Origin: an uncultured Chloroflexia bacterium
GTDB taxonomy: Bacteria; Chloroflexota; Limnocylindria; Limnocylindrales; CSP1-4
DNA: 64,000 nucleotides
Direction of reading: 5' to 3'
Assembly: GCA_963768675.1 (NCBI GenBank)
Contig: CAVYIV010000001.1
Coordinates: 77,913-141,912, forward strand
In this document: one piece after another, positions 41,907-52,257 of the stretch
Layout: the number at the start of each line of letters is the position of its first letter
Numbering within the stretch: the first letter of the stretch is position 1
The notes under the pieces: model-generated
Database searches by the model: none
Told to the model about the DNA's origin: nothing
Seen by the model: only the letters and a program-made list of their open reading frames with translations
Position numbers and translations under genes: made by a program

Positions 41907-42974
41907 ATGCAAGGCGAGATCGCCGTCGAACTCGACCGTCTCCCGCGAATCCGGCTCGCCACCCTGCCGACGCCCCTCCACGAGCTCCGGCGGCTCCGGG
42001 ACGCCCTCGGCGGTGACCGGCGCTCACCCCGGATCCTCGTCAAGCGCGACGACCTCACCGGCCTCGCCGGCGGGGGGAACAAGGCCCGCAAGCTGGAGTT
42101 CCTCGTTGCGGATGCGCTGCGCGAGGGCGCCACGGTGCTCGTCACGACCGGTGGCGTGCAGTCCAACCACGCCCGGATGACGGCAGCGGCGGGCCGGATG
42201 GTCGGGCTCGGCACGAGCCTCGTCCTGACCGCGGGATCGGACGCGCCCGAGGTCCAGGGCAACCTGCTGCTCGACCACCTCTTCGGCGCCGAGGTCCACT
42301 TTATCCGCCCATCCGACGACCCCCGGATGGCAACCGGCCCCGGCGAGGCCGAGATGGTCGCCCAGGTCGTGGCCGCCCTGCGTGCCCGAGGTGAGCATCC
42401 CTACGTGATCCCAATCGGCGGCTCCAGCCCGGTCGGCGTGCTCGGCTACGTTTCGGGCACGTTCGAGCTGGTGGCGGAGCTTGCCGCCGCCGGCGAGCGA
42501 CCCGTGCGCCTGTACGTCGCCGCCGGCTCGCGCGGCACGGCTGCCGGGCTCGTCCTCGGGGCGCGCCTCGCGGATGCCCCGTACCTCGTGCACGGTGTCG
42601 CCGTGAGCGGTGGTGACCCGGCGAAGAGCGAGCGCGCCGCGGAGATCGCGAACCACGCATCCGAGCTGCTCGGCAGCCCGGTCCGGCTCGATGCGGGTGC
42701 TTTCGAGACGGACCAGTCGCAGATCGGGCCGGGGTACGGGCTGGAAACCCCGGCCTGTTTGGAGGCGATCTCGCTCCTTGCCCGGACGGAGGGCATCCTG
42801 CTCGACCCGGTCTACACCGGGAAGGCGATGGCCGGTCTCCTCGCCGACATTCGAGGCGGCCTCATCCCACCCTCGGAGAGCGTCGTCTTCCTCCACACCG
42901 GCGGGCTGCCCGGGATCTTCGCCCACGCCACCGCGCTGGAGGCCGCGATCGGGGCGGCGACCACGAGCGCCTAG
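41907..42974 (+). CDS. PLP-dependent D-cysteine desulfhydrase / ACC deaminase family enzyme
   Basis: Intact 355-codon ORF. ATG follows AAGGAGG. Motifs: LPTPLHEL, LVKRDDLTGLAGGGNKARKLEFL (PLP Lys), TTGGVQSNHARMTAAA. Confidence 0.9.
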   Translation: MQGEIAVELDRLPRIRLATLPTPLHELRRLRDALGGDRRSPRILVKRDDLTGLAGGGNKARKLEFLVADALREGATVLVTTGGVQSNHARMTAAAGRMVGLGTSLVLTAGSDAPEVQGNLLLDHLFGAEVHFIRPSDDPRMATGPGEAEMVAQVVAALRARGEHPYVIPIGGSSPVGVLGYVSGTFELVAELAAAGERPVRLYVAAGSRGTAAGLVLGARLADAPYLVHGVAVSGGDPAKSERAAEIANHASELLGSPVRLDAGAFETDQSQIGPGYGLETPACLEAISLLARTEGILLDPVYTGKAMAGLLADIRGGLIPPSESVVFLHTGGLPGIFAHATALEAAIGAATTSA

Positions 42975-43025
42975 CGTCGCCGGATGTGGCCGATCGGCCG
43001 TCGAGGACTGACCGACGCAGGCCGG

Positions 43026-43238
43026 TCAGTCCTCGACGGCGAGCATCACCTCGGTCGCCTTGACGACCACCTTGACGCGCCGTCCCGGGGCGAGCCCGAG
43101 CCGGCCCGCGGACTCCGCGGTGATCGCCGCGACCACCTCGTGGCCGCCGTCGACCTCGACGACGACCTCGGCCATGACCTGCCCCTCGGTCACCGACCGC
43201 ACCGTGGCCGGCATCTGGTTCCTGGCGCTGATCCGCAT
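43026..43238 (-). CDS. mop: molybdopterin/molybdate-binding protein Mop (single TOBE domain)
   Basis: Intact 70-codon ORF: MRISARNQMPATVRSVTEG.VMAEVVVEV..GHEVVAAIT.ESA.RLGL..G..V.VVVKATEVMLA. Confidence 0.85.
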   Translation of the reverse strand: MRISARNQMPATVRSVTEGQVMAEVVVEVDGGHEVVAAITAESAGRLGLAPGRRVKVVVKATEVMLAVED

Positions 43239-43319
43239 CCTGCGTGTGCCTCCGGTTCGGGAGCGTCCCGTCCCTCCACTCTGACACAGCCTGCCCCCGG
43301 CGTCACGCGCGAGGCGGCG

Positions 43320-44189
43320 TCAGCCCAGGCTCCGCACGTCGAGCGCTCTTCCCCAGTGGAGGGCCCGCACCGCGACGAGGACGCCGAGCGCGGCGAGCAC
43401 GAGGATCGCGGCGGCCGCGATCGAGCCGTCGAGGTCGCCGCCCTGGAACGCGCCGTACACGACGAGGGGGAGCGTCTGGGTCCGACCCGCGAGGTTGCCG
43501 GCGAACATGATCGTGGCCCCGAACTCCCCGAGCGCCCGGGCCCAGGTCATGACGAGGCCGGCCGACAGCGCGGCGCCCGCCAGGGGCAGGGTGACGTGCC
43601 GGAAGAGGGCGGGCTCCGAGGCGCCGTCGACCCGGGCCGCGTCCTCGATCTCGCGGTCGACGGCGGCGATCCCGGTTCGCGCCGAGCGCACGAAGTACGG
43701 GGCGGAGACGAACACCTGGGCCAGGATCACCGCCAGGGTCGTGAACGGGATCTCGATCCCGAGCGCCGCGAGCGGCCCGCCGAGGAGGCCGCGCCGGCCC
43801 AGCAGGAGCAGGAGGGCCAGGCCCGCAACGGCCGGCGGCAGGACGATCGGCAGGTCGACGATCGCCTCGACCCAGCCGGCGCCCCGGAAGCGGCGCCGCG
43901 CGAGGACCAGGGCGAGGGGCAGGCCGAACGCGACCGTGAGGACCAGGCTGATCGCGGTCGTGGTGAGACTGAGGGTCAGGGCGGACAGGACGGCCTGCGT
44001 GCCCAACGCACGGGCGAGCGAGCCATCCACGACGGCCCGCGCGACGAGGGCCACGACCGGCAGCCCGAGGAACAGCCCGAAGAGGCCGGCCAGCGCGGCG
44101 ACGGACCGGCTCCCCCAGCTCGTGAGAGTGCGCGAGGCAGGCCCCTCCCGCGTCGCCGGGATGGGTGCGGCCACCGTCACGCGGGCCAT
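43320..44189 (-). CDS. modB: molybdate ABC transporter permease
   Basis: Intact 289-codon ORF. It has the EAA-type loop DAARVDGASEPALFRHVTLPLA and the ModB-typical FAGNLAGRTQTLPLVVY. Confidence 0.88.
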   Translation of the reverse strand: MARVTVAAPIPATREGPASRTLTSWGSRSVAALAGLFGLFLGLPVVALVARAVVDGSLARALGTQAVLSALTLSLTTTAISLVLTVAFGLPLALVLARRRFRGAGWVEAIVDLPIVLPPAVAGLALLLLLGRRGLLGGPLAALGIEIPFTTLAVILAQVFVSAPYFVRSARTGIAAVDREIEDAARVDGASEPALFRHVTLPLAGAALSAGLVMTWARALGEFGATIMFAGNLAGRTQTLPLVVYGAFQGGDLDGSIAAAAILVLAALGVLVAVRALHWGRALDVRSLG

Positions 44190-44240
44190 GCGTCCCCGGT
44201 CACGAAGGCGGCAGCAAGCCGGACGGCGCGTGGCGGGATC

Positions 44241-44678
44241 TCACGCGCGCGGCTCTTTCGCGGACGGGATCTCGATGATCACGTTCGTCGCCTTCACCAC
44301 GGCAACGGCCTCGTCCCCGACGGTGAGGCCGAGCTCGACGACCGCCTCGGCCGTGAGGAGGCTCACGATCCGGTGCGGGCCGGCGATGACCTCCACGACG
44401 GCCGCGATGCCGTCGTGCTCGACGCGGCTGATGATGCCGGGAAACCGGTTGCGTGCCGACTGGGCGACGATCGGACGGTCTGCGCTCGAGCGTCGGCGCT
44501 CGTCGAGCAGGCGGGCCACTTCCTCGATCGGCACGAGGCGCTGACCGCCCGCCGAGCGTTCCATCCGGACGCGGCCGTCCGTCTCCCAGCGGCGCAGGGT
44601 CTCGACGGTGACCCCGAGCATCTCTGCCGCCCGCCCGACGCGCAGGTTCGCGGGCTGTCTGATCGGAGCGTTAGTCAT
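44241..44678 (-). CDS. MerR/excisionase-type HTH + TOBE domain regulator (molybdate-responsive, ModE-like role)
   Basis: Intact 145-codon ORF. The N-terminal part is LRVGRAAEMLGVTVETLRRWETDGRV. The C-terminal TOBE domain is SARNRFPGIISRVEHDGIAAVVEV...VAVVKATNVIIE. Confidence 0.85.
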   Translation of the reverse strand: MTNAPIRQPANLRVGRAAEMLGVTVETLRRWETDGRVRMERSAGGQRLVPIEEVARLLDERRRSSADRPIVAQSARNRFPGIISRVEHDGIAAVVEVIAGPHRIVSLLTAEAVVELGLTVGDEAVAVVKATNVIIEIPSAKEPRA

Positions 44679-44738
44679 GGGGACGAAGTCTAGCGATGCT
44701 CCGCCCGCCTACCATGGTCGTGCGATGCGAGAGCGAGC

Positions 44739-45839
44739 ATGAAGCCCCTGGTGGTCATTCCCGGCGAACCCGTCCCGCGGGCGGCGATCGGGGCGGTCCT
44801 CGTCCGCGACCTCGAGGTGGGAGGGCAGCGCTGGGCGAAAGGTCGGCGGCTCTCGCCGGCCGACGTCGAGCGGCTCGCGCATCCCGCCCGGCTCGAGGCG
44901 AGCCAGAGCGACGGTGAGACCGGCCGCGCCTCCGCCGTGACGCTCCTCGTCCTCGAGGCGGGGGACATCCACGAGGACGAGGCGGCGCTCCGGCTCGCGC
45001 GGGCGATCGAAGGGCCGGGCGTCGAGCTCCGCGGCCCGGAGTCGAGCCGCGTGGACCTCGTCGCCGCCGCAGACGGCGTCCTGCGGGTTCGGGCGGCCGG
45101 CATCGAGCGGCTGGACCGGATCGACCCGCTCCTTGTCTTCACCCTCTACGACGGCCAGACGGTCCGCCGCGGGGAGATCGTGGCGAGCGTGAAGGTGGGC
45201 CCCCACGCGGTTCCCGAGGCGGTGGTGGCCCGCGGCGTTCACCTCGCCGAGCGGACCGGGCCGCTCGTCCGGGTGGCCCCGTTCGTGCCCCGTCGCGTGG
45301 CGGCCGTGGTGAAGGGGACCGTTCGGCGCGCTGCCCGCGAGCGGTTCGAGCATGGGATCCAGGTGCGGATCGAGTCGCTCGGCTCGACGCTGACCGGCTT
45401 CAGCCACGTCGGCGACGAGCCGAGCGAGGTGCTCGAGCTCGTGCGGTCGCTGGTTCGCGGACCAGCCAGGGTCGACGTGATCTTGGTCGCAGGCGCCGCG
45501 CTGACCGACCCGACCGACCCGGTCTTCGCGGCGATCGAGCGACTGGGCGGGCGTGTCGTCCAGCACGGCGTGCCCGCGCACCCGGGCTCGATGGTCTGGC
45601 TTGCGCGCGCCGGCGGGACGGACCTGCTCGGCCTCCCGTCGTGCGGGGCGTACTCGCGGGCAACCGCCGCGGACCTGCTCCTGCCGCGCCTGCTCACCGG
45701 TGAGCGCGCCGGGCGCGGGATGGCCGCGTCGCTGGGACACGGCGGCGTGCTCGGCTCGGCGATGCGCTTCCGCTTCCCGCGCTACGCCCGCGACCTGGAG
45801 GCAGCGTGCTCGGAAGGCGAGGCGGAGGCGGCGCGGTGA
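44739..45839 (+). CDS. molybdopterin-binding (MoCF-biosynthesis domain) protein
   Basis: Intact 366-codon ORF. The C-terminal half (VDVILVAGAALTDPTDPVFAAIERLGGRVVQHGVPAHPGSMVWLARAGGTDLLGLPSCG) resembles the MoeA/MogA-type MPT-binding fold. Its stop overlaps the next gene's GTG (GTGA). Confidence 0.7.
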   Translation: MKPLVVIPGEPVPRAAIGAVLVRDLEVGGQRWAKGRRLSPADVERLAHPARLEASQSDGETGRASAVTLLVLEAGDIHEDEAALRLARAIEGPGVELRGPESSRVDLVAAADGVLRVRAAGIERLDRIDPLLVFTLYDGQTVRRGEIVASVKVGPHAVPEAVVARGVHLAERTGPLVRVAPFVPRRVAAVVKGTVRRAARERFEHGIQVRIESLGSTLTGFSHVGDEPSEVLELVRSLVRGPARVDVILVAGAALTDPTDPVFAAIERLGGRVVQHGVPAHPGSMVWLARAGGTDLLGLPSCGAYSRATAADLLLPRLLTGERAGRGMAASLGHGGVLGSAMRFRFPRYARDLEAACSEGEAEAAR

Positions 45840-48811
45840 CCGGGCGCGCGCCCGGCACCGGTCCCGCCGCGGTCGCCACGCCGGGCGGCCGGGTCGACCG
45901 GTCGAGCGTCCCGGAGTCCGGGCGCCGTGCGCTGGAGGCCGCCCTCCGGCGGGCCGTCCACGGTGAGGTCAGGTTCGATGCCGGCACGCGGGCCGTGTAC
46001 GCCACGGACTCGTCGAACTACCGCCAGGTGCCCCTCGGGGTCGTCTTCCCGCTCGACCACGACGACGTCGTGGCTGCGCTGCGCGTGAGCGCCGAGCACG
46101 ACGCGCCGGTGTTTGCCCGGGGTGCCGGCACCAGCCTCGCCGGCCAGGCCTGCAACGTCGCCGTCGTCATCGACACCAGCCGGCACATGACGAGGATCCT
46201 CGAGATCGACCCCGTCGCGCGGACCGCCCGGGTGCAGCCGGGCGTCGTCCTCGACGACCTCCGTCGCGCGGCCGAGGAGCTCGGCCTCACGTTCGGGCCT
46301 GATCCGGCGACGCACGCCTGGTGCACCCTCGGGGGATGATCGGCAACAACTCGTGCGGAAGCCATGCGCTCTACGCGGGCAAGACCGTCGACAACGTCGA
46401 GCGGCTGACGATCGTCGAGTACGGCGGCGCGACGCTCGAGGTCGGTGCCTACGACAATGCCGGGTATGCCGCGGCCGTCGCCGGCGGGGCCGGCCTGGGC
46501 GAGGTGCTGGCGCGCCTCCGGGATCTCGGCGCCCGCAGCGAGAGCCTGGTGCGGGCACGGTTCCCGGTGATCCCGCGGCGGGTCAGCGGCTACAACCTCG
46601 ACGAGCTCCTCCCCGAGCGTGGCTTCCACGTCGCCCGCGCCCTGGTCGGCACGGAGTCGACCTGTGCTGTGGTCACCGAGGCCACGCTGCGCCTGAGCGT
46701 CAGCCCGCGGCACCGCCGACTCGTCGTCCTGGGCTACCCGGACATCTTCGCCGCCGCCGACGCGGTTCCGTCGCTGCTCCGGAGCCCGCTGCTGGCGCTG
46801 GAGGGGCTCGACGACACCCTCATCGACCAGATGCGGGCGCGACCGCTCAACGTGGAGCGCCTCCCGCTGCTCCCCGAGGGCCGCGGCTGGCTGATCGCCG
46901 AGCTCGGCGCCGACGATCCCGCCGAGGCCGACCTGCTCGCGGACGCGATTTGTCGCCGGCCTGCCGGGCGGCGTGACCTGGCGTCGCTACGACGATGCGG
47001 AGCGGCAGGCGCGGGTGTGGCTCGTCCGCGAGTCGGGTCTCGGCGCGGCAGCGATCGCCGCCGACGGGACGCGCCACCTCGAGGGCTGGGAGGACGCCGC
47101 GGTCGCGCCGGAGCAGCTCGGCGCCTACCTGCGCGCGCTCACCGGCCTGTGGGCGGAGTTCGGCTACTCGGGCGCCCTGTACGGCCACTTCGGCCAGGGC
47201 TGCGTCCACACGCGCAACAACTTCGACCTCGGCACGCAGGAGGGGCTGGCGTCCTACCGGCGTTTCGTCACCCTGGCCGCCCAGCTGGTCGTGGCGCTGG
47301 GCGGCTCGCTCTCGGGCGAGCACGGCGATGGCCAGTCACGCGGCGAGCTGCTGGAGCTGATGTACGGGTCGGAGCTCGTCGACGCCTTCCGCGAGTTCAA
47401 GGCGATCTTCGATCCGCGCGGCCGGATGAATCCCGGCAAGGTCGTCGACGCCTACCCGCTCGACACGAACCTGCGCTATGGGCCGGACTACCGTCACGCG
47501 GCTTCCGGGCGGTCCACCCTCGCGTTCGGCAGCGCGGGGCATTCGCTCCAGCGGGGATCCGAACGGTGCGTCGGCGTCGGCCGCTGCCTCCGCGACGACG
47601 CTGGAACGATGTGCCCCTCCTTCCGGGTCACCCGCGACGAGCGGCAGACGACCCGCGGGCGCGCCAAGCTGCTCGTGGAGATGTTCCAGGGCGAGACGAC
47701 GCCGGCCACCTGGCGCAGCGTGGACGTGCGCGATGCCCTCGACCTGTGTCTGTCCTGCAAGGGGTGCGCTGTCGACTGCCCGACCCAGGTGGACATGGCA
47801 GCCTACAAGGCGGAGTTTCTGCACCACCACTACGCGGGCCGGCTGCGACCCCGGGCCATGTACGCACTCGGGCTCCTGCCCTGGACCGCCCGGGCGGCGA
47901 CCAGGGTTCCCCGGCTTGCCAACGCCCTCCTTGGCGCGCAGGGCGCCGGTTCTGCTGCCCGCCGGCTCGCGGGGGTCACGACCGTCCGCCCGGTCCCGCG
48001 CTTCGCTCGGCGATCGTACCGGCGGTGCGGGCTCTCGGCCGCGCGGCGGGACCGCGTCGACGCCACGGTCGTCGTCTGGCCCGACACGTTCACGGACGCG
48101 TTTCGCCCGTGGATCGCCGCCGATCTCGTGGCGGTCCTGGAGGCTACCGGCGAGCGTGTCGCCGTGCCCTCCTCGTGGGCCTGCTGCGGCCGGCCGCTCT
48201 ACGACACCGGCATGCTGGGGCTCGCCCGCCGCTCCCTTGCGGATCTGCTCGACGTCCTCGAGCCCTGGACGTCGCGGGGGATCCCGATCGTGGTGCCCGA
48301 GCCGAGCTGCCTCGCGGCGTTCCGGGACGAGCTTCCTGCGCTGCTTTCGGACGATCCCCGTGCTGCGGTTCTCGCCTCGCTGGCGCGGAGCCCGGCGGAG
48401 CACCTGCTCGCATCGCCCGGGTTCGAGCTGGCGGCCGGCGCGCGACCCGGCCCGGGTCGCGCGGATGCACGGCCGGCGCGCGCGGTGGTCCATCCGCACT
48501 GCCACGGCCGGGCTGTTGGGACGCCGCGAGCCGACCGGGAGATCCTCGAGCGACTGGGCTTCGCGCCCGAGGTCCTCGATGCCGGGTGCTGCGGCCTTGC
48601 CGGATCGTTCGGCTACCGGGCCGAGCACGAGCCCCTCTCCCGGCAGATCGGGGAGGAGCACTGGCTCCCGCGGGTCCGGGCGGCCCTCGAAGCGGGCGAC
48701 GGCGCACCGCTCGTCGTGGACGGCTTCAGCTGCGCGATGCAGCTCGGCCAGCTTTCCGACCTCGAGTCCACGCCGCTCGTCTCGCTCGTCCGCCGCTCGC
48801 TCGGCTGCTGA
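45836..48811 (+). pseudogene. FAD-binding oxidase fused to (Fe-S)/CCG-domain protein (YdiJ / GlcD-GlcF-like), two frame breaks as assembled
   Basis: The FAD-PCMH domain has PLGVVFPLDHDDVVAALRV, ARGAGTSLAGQ and CTLGG|MIGNNSCG. The 4Fe-4S motifs are CVGVGRCL and CLSCKGCAVDCP. The CCG domains have PSCLAAF and GCCGLAGSFG. The breaks are at the GGGGG run 46331-46335 and the TTT run 46948-46950. Confidence 0.85.
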
Positions 48812-48868
48812 TCGTGCACGCCACGGGACTCGACGGCGCGCTCGGCCGACGTGCTTCCCGCTCCGGGC

Positions 48869-49873
48869 TCAGCGCTCCTTCATGACGAGCACGGCAGCGC
48901 CGGCGACCTCGCCGCCAGCGAGCGCACGCAGGGCGGAAGCGCCGTCGGCGAGCTGGAATGGGTCGACCTCGGTCACGATCGGGATGCGCGCGGCGAGATC
49001 GAGGAACTCCCGGGCATCCCGGCGGGTGTAGTTCGCCACGCTTCGCAGCCCGCGTTCCCCCCACAGGATCTCGTAGGGGAACTCCGGGATCCGGTCCAGG
49101 TGGATGGCATTGATCGCGACGGTCCCTCCGGGGCGAACGGCCCGCAGCGCGGCGACGACGACGCTGCCCGCCGGCGCGAAGGTCACCGCCGAGTCGAGCG
49201 CCGCGGGCGGGAGGTCGTGGTAGCCACCTGCCCACGCGGCACCGAGGCGCATCGCGCGCTCCCGCTCCGCCGGGTTCCGGGTCGCCACGTGAACCTCGCA
49301 GCCCCAGTGCCGTGCGACCTGGATGCTGATCAGCGCCGACGCCCCGAACCCGTACAGGCCGATGCGCGAGCCCGGCTCGACGCCAGCGATCCGCAGGGCG
49401 CGGTACCCGATGACGCCGCCGCAGAGCAGGGGCGCCGCGGCGAAGTCCGACGGCCCGTCGGGCAGCCGCAGCGCGAAGTCCGCCTGCACCGTCATCCACT
49501 CGGCGAAGCCGCCGTCCCGATCCCATCCCGTGAACCGCGCGTCCGGGCACAGGTTCTCGCGGTCGGACCGGCATGCGACGCAGCGGCCGCACGTCGCGGC
49601 GAGCCAGCCCACCCCTGCGCGGTCGCCGATCGCCCAGCCTGCGACCGATCGACCGACGGCCTCGACGCGACCCACCGCCTGGTGCCCGGGGACCACCGGC
49701 AGCGCATGGGGCGCCAGGTCCCCTTGGACGATCTGGAGGTCGGTCCGGCAGACCCCGCAGGCCGCGACGCGGAGGAGCAGCTCGTCCGCGGCCGTCTCCG
49801 GGAGGGGCCGCTCGACCAGGTGCAGGTTCTTGATCCCGGGCGTCCCGCGATCGACGAGGGTGAGGGCTCGCAC
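48869..49873 (-). CDS. zinc-dependent alcohol dehydrogenase family protein
   Basis: Intact 334-codon ORF. Motifs: CGVCRTDLQIVQG, PGHQAVGRV, CGRCVACRSDRENLC (structural Zn), GLYGFGASA. Confidence 0.9.
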   Translation of the reverse strand: MRALTLVDRGTPGIKNLHLVERPLPETAADELLLRVAACGVCRTDLQIVQGDLAPHALPVVPGHQAVGRVEAVGRSVAGWAIGDRAGVGWLAATCGRCVACRSDRENLCPDARFTGWDRDGGFAEWMTVQADFALRLPDGPSDFAAAPLLCGGVIGYRALRIAGVEPGSRIGLYGFGASALISIQVARHWGCEVHVATRNPAERERAMRLGAAWAGGYHDLPPAALDSAVTFAPAGSVVVAALRAVRPGGTVAINAIHLDRIPEFPYEILWGERGLRSVANYTRRDAREFLDLAARIPIVTEVDPFQLADGASALRALAGGEVAGAAVLVMKER

Positions 49874-49913
49874 GGCGACGATCCTACCTCCCGGCCCGAA
49901 GGCCGGGAAGCGG

Positions 49914-50195
49914 TCAGACGTGCCGGTGCAGGTCGGTCGGCGAGGGCCCCTCGGGCGCGTCCGGGTTCCGGGGCGGCTGCTCCCAGCCCATCGCCTCGGC
50001 CTCGGACTTGGCCAGGTTGATGTACACGGTCTCGTGCTCGACGTTGGCGACGTGGGACACGGGAACGTGCAGCGTGCCGGGGCGCCCGGATCGCGAGGCC
50101 AGGATGAAGTTCTGGCCGACGCTCTTGACCGTGCCGAGGCGCCGCCCGTCGTTGCCGAGGATCGCCCAGCCCGCCTTCAGGTCCGTCATCCGCAT
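49914..50195 (-). CDS. DUF2171 / PRC-barrel-like small protein
   Basis: Intact 93-codon ORF. ATG lies 9 nt after GGAGG. Pattern: GWAILGNDGRRLGTVKSV....ILASRSG....LHVPVSHVANVEHETVYINL. Confidence 0.65.
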   Translation of the reverse strand: MRMTDLKAGWAILGNDGRRLGTVKSVGQNFILASRSGRPGTLHVPVSHVANVEHETVYINLAKSEAEAMGWEQPPRNPDAPEGPSPTDLHRHV

Positions 50196-50335
50196 CCGCT
50201 CACCACCTCCTCGCCGCCGAGTGCCCCTACCTTAGATGACCCGCGAGCGATCCGCCGGGCCACCTGCGGCTCGGATACGGCGTACCGTTGGCGCCGACAC
50301 CTGCAATCCCGAGATCCCGAACGTGAGGCACGGCC

Positions 50336-50935
50336 GTGGCTGCAACCGCATCGACAATGCTCGCGCTGGGCACTCCGGCACCCGACTTCCGCCTGCCCGA
50401 CGGGGCCGGGCGCCTGGTCGCGCGGGACGACTTCGCGGCCAGCCACGCCCTGCTCGTCATGTTCCTGTGCAACCACTGCCCGTACGTGAAGCACGTCGCC
50501 GAGGAGGTGGTCCGACTCGCCGTCGAGTACCAGGCGAGGGGCGTGGGCATCGTGGCGATTAGCAGCAACGATGTTGCCCAGGTTCCCGAGGACGGTCCCG
50601 CGCGGATGGCCGAGGTCGCGGCCGCCATGGGCTTCACGGTTCCCTACCTGTACGACGAGACGCAGGAGGTCGCGAAGGCCTACCACGCCGCCTGCACGCC
50701 GGACTTCTTCGTGTTCGACGCGGGCCGGAGGCTCGCCTATCGCGGCCAGCTCGACGGTGCCCGCCCCGCGAACGATGTCCCGGTGGACGGGCGCGATCTG
50801 CGGGCCGCCCTCGACGCGATCCTGGCCGGGAGGCCGGCGCCCGAGCCGCAGCTCCCCAGCCTCGGCTGCAATATCAAGTGGAAGCCGGGCAACGAGCCCG
50901 AGTACTTCGTGACGGGACACCCGGCCGCCGGCTGA
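50336..50935 (+). CDS. thioredoxin-fold (AhpC/TSA-like redoxin) protein
   Basis: Intact ORF (GTG at 50336 or ATG at 50357). Motifs: GTPAPDFRLPD, LLVMFLCNHCPYVKH (C-x-x-C), GCNIKWKPG. Confidence 0.85.
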   Translation: MAATASTMLALGTPAPDFRLPDGAGRLVARDDFAASHALLVMFLCNHCPYVKHVAEEVVRLAVEYQARGVGIVAISSNDVAQVPEDGPARMAEVAAAMGFTVPYLYDETQEVAKAYHAACTPDFFVFDAGRRLAYRGQLDGARPANDVPVDGRDLRAALDAILAGRPAPEPQLPSLGCNIKWKPGNEPEYFVTGHPAAG

Positions 50936-50957
50936 TAGAAGCCCGCCGCCAGCCCAC

Positions 50958-52257
50958 TCAGGGCTGTTGCGTACCTGCAAGCACCCAGCTGGAGCCGCCG
51001 GCGCCGTCGCGCACCTCGACGCCAGCCTCGATCAGGCGGTCACGGATGAGGTCGGCCGTCGCCCAGTCACGGGCGTCCCGAGCCCGCGCGCGGAGGCCTA
51101 GCAGCGTCTCCACGAAGGGGTCGACCGTCGAGCGCGGGTCCGCCCCGGCGGCCCCGGCCGCCTCGCCAAGCCGGGCGATGAGCGCGCGGAAGGTCGAGCG
51201 GGCGTTGTCGAGGTCCGGGCTGTCCTCGCCCGCCCGTACCCGCGCGTCGATCGCCGCGTCGAGGTCGAGGAGGGCCGCGACGGCGCCCCGGCTATCGTGG
51301 TGCCCCAGCGCGGCGATGAAGGACCCTTCCAGGTCCGCCATCTCGTCGCGCAGGGGTTCGGGGGCCCGCCCGGGCCGCGCGCCGCCCGGACCGGGGCCAA
51401 GCGCCGCGTCCTCGCCGGACTCGACGCCGGCGTCGACCGGTTTGCCGGCGGCCAGCTGGCTCGCAACGGCGACGAGGCGGTCGAGGCGCACCTCGCTGCC
51501 GCTCGGGATCACGGAGCTCCGGCCCGCGGCCCGGACGGTGACCCCGCCGAGCCCGGAGACCGTCGCGGTCCGGCGCTCGAGATCGAGCACGAGCGCAGTG
51601 TGGCTGTCGACGCCGAGGATCCACGTCGTCGGGCGGGAGCTGACGCTCGAGGATCCGCAGCCTGCGCTCACCCATGTAGCAGAACCGGGTGTCGTGGTTG
51701 CCGCCCTCGGCGTTGTCGTAGTGAGGAACGACCGCGACGTTCAGCCCGGTGGCGGCAGCGAGCAGGTCCAGGCCGGGGAGCCACCTCGGGTCCTCGCCGA
51801 CCTTGTAGACCTCGTAGACCGGGATCGTCACCGCCCCGAGGGTCAGCGCCGCCGCGCTCGCCATCGTCAGGATGCCGCCGTCCCGGAGCAGGTCCGCCAG
51901 CGCGGCCGGGATCGGGCCGCCGGCCCACTGGCGGAGGGCATAGCTCGGGCTGCCCGGCCCTGCCATGAGGTAGCGCGCCTCGCGGATCCGGGCGAGCGCC
52001 GTCGCCGCGGTCACGGCGTCCACGTCCCGGGAGCGGTAGGACGCGACGGCCACCTCCCGGCCGACGCTCTCGGCGAAGAAGCGGACGGTTCGCAGGCTGA
52101 GGTCGTCGGCGTTCTCCTGGAACCCGTACGGCGTGTCGAGGATGGCCGCCGCGACCGGTCCGGGGCCGAGGCGCTCGAACAGCGCGCGGTGAACCTTCGC
52201 CATCGTGGGCGCCGTCTCCCCGGAGCCCATGATCGCCAGGATCCGCGGCTCGCTCAC
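50958..52257 (-). pseudogene. peptidase-S51/cyanophycinase-like (class-I glutamine-amidotransferase-like fold) domain protein with CysRS-like C-terminal tail, one frame break as assembled
   Basis: The N-terminal domain is in ORF 51292-52257 (RILAIMGSGETAPT..YLMAGPGSPSYAL..ILTMASAAALTLG..VVPHYDNAEGG). The C-terminal part is in ORF 50958-51671 (TWILGVDSHTALVLD...ARDWATADLIRDRLIEAGVEVRDGAGGSSW). The break is at about 51635. Confidence 0.7.

Noticed and set aside
43026-43238. The 70-aa TOBE protein considered as a truncated remnant of modC.
   Set aside because: It has its own ATG. It begins with the canonical Mop N-terminus (MRISARNQ..), and its length matches stand-alone Mop proteins. No ATPase-domain remnants lie upstream in the 81-bp gap.
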